Below, piece after piece: positions 1-8,089 of a stretch of DNA of 11,993 bases. The position numbers were made by a program, and so were the translations under genes. Each line of letters opens with the position of its first letter. The first letter of the stretch is position 1. The DNA is taken from positions 1 to 11,993 of the forward strand of contig NW_021824270.1 of assembly GCF_006345805.1 (NCBI RefSeq), given 5' to 3'. The notes beneath the pieces are model-generated. The model was not told the origin of the DNA. It made no database searches and saw only the letters and a program-made list of their open reading frames with translations. The stretch comes from Octopus sinensis (lineage: Eukaryota).

Positions 1-334
1 CCCTGGTCTGGTGGTACGTAAAAAGCACTATCCGACTCGTGGCCGATGCCAGCGCCGCCTCGTTTGCTTCCGTGCAGGTGGCACATAAAATACACCAATC
101 CGACCGTGGCCGTTGCCAGCCTCGCCTGGCACCTGGGCAGGTGGCACGTAAAAAGCACCCACTACACTCACGGAGTTGGTTGGCGTAGGAAGGGCATCCA
201 GCTGTAGAAACACTGCCAGATAAGACTGGAGCCTGGTGCAGCCTTCTGGCTTTCCAGATCCCGGTCGAACCGTCAACCCATGCTAGCATGGAGAACGGAC
301 GACGTTAAACGATGATGATGATGATGATGATGAT
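1..334 (+). mobile_element. 3' part of a SINE/non-LTR retroposon with internal ~65-bp tandem subrepeats and a (GAT)8 tail; runs off the left window edge
   Basis: Three diverged GTGGCACGTAAAAAGCAC-type units start at 11, 78 and 141. The element is GC-richer than its flanks and ends ...ACGTTAAAC followed by (GAT)8 at 311-334. Short tandem-repeat tails are typical of RTE/CR1-mobilised SINEs. Confidence 0.7.
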
Positions 335-345
335 ATATACATACA

Positions 346-347
<2 letters not shown>

Positions 348-403
<56 letters not shown>
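348..403. repeat. Compound microsatellite (TC)n(AT)n
   Basis: Directly visible: (TC)n at 348-378, (AT)n at 379-403. Confidence 0.95.
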
Positions 404-1197
404 ACACAAAGTAAGTTAGGGGTTATGGGCGTAACCCACTAAGGGATAGTATTTATCCAATATACTGTTGGTAAAGTATCCCGATTCTTAATACATAAAT
501 GTTTTTAATTGCAATGCAATTAACTTATTTACTGTATTAAACGGGTGAAGGTAAAGAAATATTTTTACCGTTAATTTATAAAACAAATAAGAAAATGGAG
601 AAACAAATTTAGTTTGTTCATCAACTTTCGGATATTATAATTTTAGATTATTTATTCATTTAACAAAATGAGAACCTTAATAGCATACATATATATCTTA
701 TAATTCAATACATATAAGATAAGAATACAAATTATAAAAATCATAATATAAATTATTGCAATCATTAAAATCACTTCTTACAGCTGTTCAGCCTATGGTT
801 AAAAGTAGTCATTTAAATTTTTATTGCCTACAGTTGTCAATATATTGAGGTTGTAGGCATTAAAAATAGGGTACTTATATATATAACCAAAGGCCTCGTC
901 AGAGGTTATAAGGAACTTTAAAAATATTAATATTAATACACGAAACATGATACACGTATTATTTGATATATATAAAAAATATGAACAAATATCCATATAG
1001 ACATATACAGATACATATATACACATATACATGCATAAGCAGATTGTATATACTCTTACATGTGTAAAAATACATAAATAAACACAATTAAACAGTAGGT
1101 ACAAGTAAATATACCATTCATCATATACATATATATATATACATATACTGGAACATATAAACACGCCTATGCTTGTGGCCACATAAACAATAATCAA

Positions 1198-1202
1198 TTC
1201 TT

Positions 1203-1233
<31 letters not shown>

Positions 1234-1680
1234 TTATTATTATTATTGAGTGAGCGAGCAGAGCATGCCATCGAAGTGACACTGGGGTAAAATATACGAA
1301 GCCCAGTATACCCATCATGACTACCCGTCTGATAAGTGTACACCAGGCACATACATCACAACCATATATGCGTGACATGGTGATCTCATATCAAGATAAA
1401 CAGCACATGACCTTGCAGGTGGAGCCCAGTTAGAATTTTCTTCAGATCGAGTAACCCATCCCGCTCAAAAGGTCCCTGAATAAGGCTTGTTTAAGGATGT
1501 TGAACGAAACACCCATGTTTCCAGAGGTGAATTATTCAAACCCCAAAGAATCCTTCTCAACACATGGCTATGATGCTCCCCCACTACTTCTGCTCGTGAT
1601 CAGAGATGCACATATCGTCAGCCACTAAGGGACATGCTCAACTGGTTAAGGTCAAACAACGACAAGCAAATTTGTGGTAT
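1198..1680 (-). mobile_element. Non-LTR retroposon 3' fragment or SINE (~430 bp) with an (AAT)n(AAG)n tail, nested in the TIR element (copy 1)
   Basis: GC-richer block at 1248-1680, bounded by (TTC)n(TTA)n at 1198-1247 and (TTA)n at about 1682-1713. On the minus strand it ends ...CTCGCTCACTC-AATAATAAT. Confidence 0.55.
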
Positions 1681-2634
1681 CATTACTATTTATTATTATT
1701 ATTATTATTATTATGTTTATCAATAATAACAATATTATTAGATCTATAGTAATCTTCACTTGACAATACATATTATAATAGATTCCAATATATAAAATAT
1801 TACGATACAAGATAAACAATCCACAATCCATACAAATAAATATATATATATACATACATATATGATACAAATATACATGCATATAAACATATAAAAAACA
1901 TACATTTAGATATGGTTTTCAGTATATAGTTCTTCTTAATACAAACAAATTCAAGCGTAGTATCCATATGAGGATTTTTTCTTTTCGTCAAAGCTGAAGT
2001 TAAAATTATACTTATATTTGTATTCTAATCCATCGAATTAATATATATATATATATATATATATATCAAGCTTCTGTTTATCTAGTACATACTTCGCCTT
2101 TTAATGTACTTATATATGAATAATATATGGCCTGTGCTAGAACACCGGCGATAATAATATTTTATTTTATCGCACTTTGACTTTGTTTATAATAATATAT
2201 ATATATATAATTATCTATATATAATATATATATATATACATATATACATATATAAACATACAAATATACGTATATATATACTTATTAATCCGAAGGGAGG
2301 CAATGTGAGCAGCAATAAAGGAACATTACAAAATCCACAGAAAGATCAAACGCTTACATATATTCATATATTCATTTATATCTACAGAACAGATATAAAG
2401 TCCGACGTTTAAAAATTAATAATATATAATATATAAACATCAATAAAATGTATGAATATATAAGGATCAGTGTTGCATATATAACACATTGAATTTACGC
2501 TTAAAATCATAAAACATTTGGTAAAAAATTGTTAAATTAAAAATTTGGTAATATACATAGAATGACATGTTAAAATTCCAGAGAAAATACAGAAAAGAAA
2601 ATTTACAAAATTACAAAATACAAAAAATGTCATC

Positions 2635-2672
2635 AGAGAGAGAGAGGAGAGAGAGAGAGAAGAGAGAGAGAG
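2635..2672. repeat. (GA)n microsatellite (the copy-2 counterpart at 5127-5184 is longer)
   Basis: Directly visible. Confidence 0.95.
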
Positions 2673-2910
2673 CAATAAGAAAATGGAGGGGATCAATAAG
2701 TTGTATTCATCAACTTTTAGACTATATTATGTCAATTATTTATTTATTTATTTATTAATTAAAATGACAATAAAACAAATTAACATATTATGCTTTACAT
2801 ATATATGATGCAATAAAAAAACATTTGGGTTTTAATAATTGGGTATTCTACCAGCAGTATATTGGATAGATATTATCGCTTAGTTGGTTGGATTCACAAC
2901 CTCTTTCTTG

Positions 2911-2954
<44 letters not shown>

Positions 2955-2956
<2 letters not shown>

Positions 2957-5126
2957 AATATACTGTTGGTAAAGTATCCCGATTCTTAATACATAAATGT
3001 TTTTAATTGCAATGCAATTAACTTATTTACTGTATTAAACGGGTGAAGGTAAAGAAATATTTTTACCGTTAATTTATAAAACAAATAAGAAAATGGAGAA
3101 ACAAATTTAGTTTGTTCATCAACTTTCGGATATTATAATTTTAGATTATTTATTCATTTAACAAAATGAGAACCTTAATAGCATACATATATATCTTATA
3201 ATTCAATACATATAAGATAAGAATACAAATTATAAAAATCATAATATAAATTATTGCAATCATTAAAATCACTTCTTACAGCTGTTTCAGCCTATGGTTA
3301 AAAGTAGTCATTTAAATTTTTATTGCCTACAGTTGTCAATATATTGAGGTTGTAGGCATTTAAAAATAGGGTACTTATATATATAACCAAAGGCCTCGTC
3401 AGAGGTTATAAGGAACTTTAAAAATATTAATATTAATACACGAAACATGATACACGTATTATTTGATATATATAAAAAATATGAACAAATATCCATATAG
3501 ACATATACAGATACATATATACACATATACATGCATAAGCAGATTGTATATACTCTTACATGTGTAAAAATACATAATAAACACAATTAAACAGTAGGTA
3601 CAAGTAAATATAAATCATCATACTATACATATATATATATACATATACTGGAACATATAAACACGTCTATGCTTGTGGCCACATAAACAATAATCAATTT
3701 CTTCTTCTTCTTCTTCTTCTTCTTCTTCTTTATTATTATTATTGAGTGAGCGAGCAGAGCATGCCATCGAAGTGACACTGGGGTAAAATATACGAAGCCC
3801 AGTATACCCATCATGACTACCCGTCTGATAAGTGTACACCAGGCACATGCATCACAACCATATATGCGTGACATGGTGATCTCATATCAAGATAAACAGC
3901 ACATGACCTTGCAGGTGGAGCCCAGTTAGAATTTTCTTCAGATCGAGTAACCCATCCCGCTCAAAAGGTCCCTGAATAAGGCTTGTTTAAGGATGTTGAA
4001 CGAAACACCCATGTTTCCAGAGGTGAATTATTCAAACCCCAAAGAATCCTTCTCAACACATGGCTATGATGCTCCCCCACTACTTCTGCTCGTGATCAGA
4101 GATGCACATATCGTCAGCCACTAAGGGACATGCTCAACTGGTTAAGGTCAAACAACTGACAAGCAAATTTGTGGTATCATTACTATTATTATTATTATTA
4201 TTATTATTATTATGTTTATCAATAATAACAATATTATTAGATCTATAGTAATCTTCACTTGACAATACATATTATAATAGATTCCAATATATAAAATATT
4301 ACGATACAAGATAAACAATCCACAATCCATACAAATAAATATATATATATACATACATATATGTACACAAATATACATGCATATAAACATATAAAAAACA
4401 TACATTTAGACTATGGTTTTCAGTATATAGTTCTTCTTAATACAAACAAATTCAAGCGTAGTATCCATATGAGGATTTTTTCTTTTCGTCAAAGCTGAAG
4501 TTAAAATTATACTTATATTTGTATTCTAATCCATCGAATTAATATATATATATATATATATATATATCAAGCTTCTGTTTATCTAGTACATACTTCGCCT
4601 TTTAATGTACTTATATATGAATAATATATGGCCTGTGCTAGAACACCGGCGATAATAATTAATTTTATTTTATCGCACTTTGACTTTGTTTTATATATAT
4701 ATATATATATATATATTATACATATATACATATATAACACATACAAATATACGTATATATATACTTATTAATCCGAAGGGAGGCAATGTGAGCAGCAATT
4801 AAAGGAACATTACAAAATCCACAGAAAGATCAAACGCTTACATATATTCATATATTCATTTATATCTACAGAACAGATATAAAGTCCGACGTTTAAAAAT
4901 ATAATAATATATAAATATATAAACATCATATAAAATGTATGAATATATAAGGATCAGTGTTGCATATATAACACATTGAATTTACGCTTAAAATCATAAA
5001 ACATTTGGTAAAAATTTGTTAAATTAAAAATTTGGGGTAATATAACATACAATGACATGTTAAAATTCCAGAAAAAATACAGAAAAGATAAATTTACAAA
5101 ATTACAAAAATACAAAAATGTTCATC

Positions 5127-5184
<58 letters not shown>

Positions 5185-5430
5185 CAATAAGAAAATGGAA
5201 GGGATCAATAAGTGGTATTCATCAACTTTTAGACATTATATTATGTCAATTTATTTATTTATTTATTTATTTATTAATTAAAATGACAATTAAAACAAAT
5301 TAACATATTATGCTTTACATATATATGATGCAATAAAAAAACATTTGGGTTTTAATAATTGGGTATTCTACCAGCAGTATATTGGATAGATATTATCGCT
5401 TAGTTGGTTGGATTCACAACCTCTTTCTTG

Positions 5431-5432
<2 letters not shown>
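2955..5432. mobile_element. Second copy of the TIR element, lacking the first ~50 bp of the left end
   Basis: Begins mid-TIR (equivalent to position 457). The right TIR is intact at 5329-5409 and is followed by (AT)n at 5433-5474. Confidence 0.65.
3699..4177 (-). mobile_element. Duplicate of the nested (AAT)n-tailed retroposon (copy 2)
   Basis: Near-identical to 1198-1680. Confidence 0.55.
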
Positions 5433-5480
<48 letters not shown>

Positions 5481-5639
5481 AGGATAAATTGTTAAAAACG
5501 TAAGTGCATTAGTGCTGAGTGGGTGCGAGCGAGTACTGAACAAATGTCCATGTAGCAGTCAAACAACTTTGAAATAACAGCCAACTGTATTAAGAAGTGA
5601 AAGATCATATAAAGTTATATAGTCCTAGTACAAATAAAG

Positions 5640-5887
5640 ACAGACGAAATACCTATTTCTTTACTACCCACAAGAGGCTAAACACAGAGAGAGGACAAAC
5701 AAGGACAGACAAGCGGATTAAGTCGATTATATCGACCCCAGTGCGTAACTGATACTTAATTTATCGACCCCGAAAGGATGAAAGGCAAAGTTGACCTTGG
5801 CGGAATTTGAACTCAGGACGTAACGGCAGACGAAATATGGCTGCGCATTTCGCCCGGCGCGCTAACGTTTCTGCCAGCTCAACGCCT
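5640..5887 (-). mobile_element. tRNA-derived SINE, near full length
   Basis: The minus strand reads GGCGTTGAGCTGGCAGAAACGTTAGC (A-box/D-arm-like), then GAGTTCAAATTCC (B box, 5802-5814), then a central GCCTTTCATCCTTTCGGGGTCGATAAA block shared with the adjacent copy. Confidence 0.8.
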
Positions 5888-5899
5888 TAGTACGTTAAA

Positions 5900-6056
5900 A
5901 ATTGTTTTTTCACACTAGGCACAAGGCTTGGAATTTTTTGGGGAATAGGCCAGTTGATTTGATCGACCCCAGTACGCAACTGGTACTTATTTTATCGACC
6001 TCGAAAGGATGAAAGGCAAAGTCGACCTCGGCGAAATTTGAACTCAGAACGTAAAG
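5900..6056 (-). mobile_element. 5'-truncated tRNA-SINE of the same superfamily with a different 3' tail
   Basis: About 5962-6052 aligns closely with about 5733-5823 (ATCGACCCCAGT...GAAAGGATGAAAGGCAAAG...AATTTGAACTCAG). The sequences diverge beyond that block. Confidence 0.8.
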
Positions 6057-6108
6057 AGTACATAAAAAAAAATATTACAATGAAACAAAGTAAGTTCTCA
6101 CAACAGAA

Positions 6109-6117
6109 TATGTGTGT

Positions 6118-6150
<33 letters not shown>

Positions 6151-6177
6151 TGTGTGTGTGTGTGTGTGTGTGTGTAT
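6109..6177. repeat. (GT)n microsatellite ~60 bp downstream of the caspase stop codon
   Basis: Directly visible. Confidence 0.95.
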
Positions 6178-6238
6178 GTTTGCATGTGTGGAAAAGGTCA
6201 GGAGGAAAGAGGAGAGGACATATAAAAAAAGGAAGATT

Positions 6239-7120
6239 TCACTTGTAAAAGTATAATTCTTTTGTCAACATGCTTGCTATGCAAGGAACCTGTTTCATTT
6301 CATTAGTCTCTGAATGTCTAGTCTTAGACTCATATTCATAGGCAACCCTACGATTTACTGAAATCATTAATTGTTGCAGTTCAAGTCGGTCTCCGTCTTT
6401 TTCCAAAATGTGAGCCAACGATTGAATGAACCACGATCCATTAGTGGAATTTCTCCAGGAGTAAAATCCAGGGACAGTGGAATAAGCCAGAAGAACGTCG
6501 GCCCAAAGTGGTACTTTATGAGATGTGACATTTTGATATTTTTCTCTAACATCGCCGGCATCGTGCATAACTACACCTCTGTCCAGTTTTGTTCCCCGAC
6601 AAGCTTGTACGAAGAATAGTTTTGGCTTACCTATTAATCTTAGGCATCTATTAGGAAGCAACTTCTCTACTAAATCGTTAAGATTTACTTTGCCATCAGT
6701 GCCATAAATCTGGTTATCATCTTCACCGTGTGTCAATATAACACAAAGGAAGCAGTTATACTTCGCATGCTCCCACTTGGATATATCCGTGAAGATTTGC
6801 GTCATCGCTTTCACTGATAAATTCTTGCGGTCGATCACCTCAAAATGCAATGACTTCAAAGTCTTTTTAATTGCTGATGCATCTCTGTCGGATCCTTGTC
6901 GTTTAGACATTTCAGTCGATTCGTCAAACTTTTCGTTATTTATTATTAAAGCCAGATTCTTTTTTTCGGGATCCATGTCATATCTGGCATTTACAGATTC
7001 GCTACATTCCTCAACATTTACAGATTCGCTACATTCCATTTCAACATCTTGAGGTCCTGGATCGGGGTTTCTCTCTGTAAACCATATACCATCAATAGGT
7101 TGTGCATCTTTGTAATCCAT
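6239..7120 (-). CDS. CASP3/7: Effector caspase, caspase-3/7-like (peptidase C14A), 293 aa, CDS in a single exon
   Basis: Catalytic His in THG (H131) and Cys in QACRG (C174). S1 arginines in KRQGSDRD (R74) and YSWRN (R223). GKPKLFFVQ, GSWFIQSL and KQVP...SMLTKELYF motifs are present, with linker Asp VMHD187. The start context CAACC-ATG-G is strong. An in-frame TGA 13 codons upstream, with no AG in between, supports this ATG and a short prodomain. CASP3 versus CASP7 orthology cannot be assigned by eye. Confidence 0.95.
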   Translation of the reverse strand: MDYKDAQPIDGIWFTERNPDPGPQDVEMECSESVNVEECSESVNARYDMDPEKKNLALIINNEKFDESTEMSKRQGSDRDASAIKKTLKSLHFEVIDRKNLSVKAMTQIFTDISKWEHAKYNCFLCVILTHGEDDNQIYGTDGKVNLNDLVEKLLPNRCLRLIGKPKLFFVQACRGTKLDRGVVMHDAGDVREKYQNVTSHKVPLWADVLLAYSTVPGFYSWRNSTNGSWFIQSLAHILEKDGDRLELQQLMISVNRRVAYEYESKTRHSETNEMKQVPCIASMLTKELYFYK

Positions 7121-7184
7121 GGTTGATCGGAATGTGTATGAAGGTACGGAAATATATCAGGGGAACAACAAACGGTGGATTGTT

Positions 7185-7400
7185 CTGAAAATTGGACTTA
7201 AAATTTCACTGCAGTTAAGGAACGGAAAAAGACGATAAATTAGCGCTGTTTTTGTCGTTGTTCAGCACAGAAATAGCAGTAAAATTGTATTCTTTATAAA
7301 TATCAAGATGGTGGGAATAACACAAGCGAATATTCAATAGACAGTAGTAAATATAGGTTAATACATTACAAAGTAAAATATCCACATCTGTTAAACTTAC
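7185..7400 (-). promoter_or_regulatory. Candidate 5'-UTR intron of the caspase gene
   Basis: Donor-like GTAAGT at 7400-7395. Acceptor-like TCTTTTTCCGTTCCTTAACTGCAG (AG at 7210-7209) and alternative AATTTTCAG (AG at 7186-7185). This rests on motifs only. Confidence 0.3.
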
Positions 7401-7769
7401 ACCTTAAACATTGATGAAATGTCCAGATATAACTTGATAATAAAATAGACAATCCACCGAAAGAGAATTTCACTGAATTTTTAAGTGATACAACAGTCGT
7501 AACCCAACACAAGACTACTTCTTCGTTTTTATTTGTTTGCGCTTTCTGAATGTATATCTAAGATATGTCATGCCTTAGTAACTACTGGTTAGCAACAAAC
7601 CAATGATAAAGGTTTCTATATTTAGGTCATTGAGTGGGATAAGCAAGTTTTCTATGCAATATAATGCACCCAATAATACATATTTTTCTGAGAAAACGAA
7701 AGTTTTTTTTTTATTGGAAGTTTTATAGCCCGATGTGTATAGGTGTCGTAACTATACATCTACACATGT

Positions 7770-7799
7770 ACACACACACAAACGCATACACACACCACA

Positions 7800-7830
<31 letters not shown>
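7770..7830. repeat. (CA)n microsatellite
   Basis: Directly visible. Confidence 0.95.
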
Positions 7831-7832
<2 letters not shown>

Positions 7833-8089
7833 TAGAGAGTCAACAAGTGAGACCATGATAATCGCAATATCGAAAACTCTTAGAAGCGCTCAAATGATTC
7901 GGGCTTACACCCTGATATCTTGATCGGGAACCAAATCAGCAGGGTAAGGAGTGGCCATAAAGAAAACCCAAGTGAACAGACATGGAGAGAAGGATACAAA
8001 TAAACAGAGGAACCATCAGGTTTTAATGTACCATATACATACATGCTTACATGCATACACACACACACACATACATAATAATAATAATA

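Larger units (their letters stand above)
404..2912. mobile_element. Non-autonomous TIR DNA transposon-like element, copy 1 (~2.5 kb), flanked by (TA)n on both sides
   Basis: 433-513 matches the reverse complement of 2809-2889 at about 67/82 aligned columns, with weaker similarity extending outward. (AT)n runs lie at 379-403 and 2913-2954. No transposase ORF is visible. Confidence 0.65.
457..5474 (+). repeat. Near-identical ~2.5 kb tandem duplication (unit 1 457-2954, unit 2 2955-5474)
   Basis: CCAATATACTGTTGGTAAAG starts at both 457 and 2955. Both units end ...CTCTTTCTTGGA followed by a 42-bp (AT) run. The offset drifts from 2498 to 2520 through small indels. Confidence 0.97.

Noticed and set aside
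28-276. 82-aa minus-strand ORF
   Set aside because: It lies antisense within a SINE, its internal repeats mirror the SINE subrepeats, and it has no protein motif.
825-910. Small stems TGCCTACA/TGTAGGCA (825-859) and TATAACC/GGTTATA (882-910)
   Set aside because: These 7-8 bp stems have long loops and are plausible by chance in AT-rich DNA.
2137-2173. Minus-strand GCGATAA/TTATCGC hairpin followed by CTAG, resembling a Helitron 3' end
   Set aside because: The hairpin is AT-rich with a large loop, CTAG is followed by C rather than T, and I found no matching 5' TC end.
799-5303. Many 60-130 aa ORFs rich in Y/I/C/M, R/E or K runs (e.g. 799-1197, 1121-1378, 1652-1882, 2567-2758, 3320-3586, 5057-5281)
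   Set aside because: They are translations of (AT)n, (TTC)n, (TTA)n and (GA)n microsatellites, and their frames are not conserved between the two duplicate copies.
5802-5887. tRNA-like A/B boxes (also at 10068-10125)
   Set aside because: They are SINE heads. There is no complete cloverleaf, and they continue into repeat bodies, so they are not called as tRNA genes.
6367-7052. ORFs 6367-6561, 6371-6619 and 6777-7052 overlapping the caspase
   Set aside because: They are antisense or alternate-frame shadows of a real CDS with no recognisable motifs.
7106-7120. N-terminal MDYKD resembling a FLAG tag (synthetic construct?)
   Set aside because: It continues AQP rather than DDDK, fits the natural caspase-7-like DxxD|AxP processing site, and lies in native genomic context with no vector sequence.
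7838-8025. GC-richer ~190-bp segment with short ORFs (7880-8068, 7951-8133)
   Set aside because: No recognisable protein or TE motif in any frame, so it cannot be assigned without a search.
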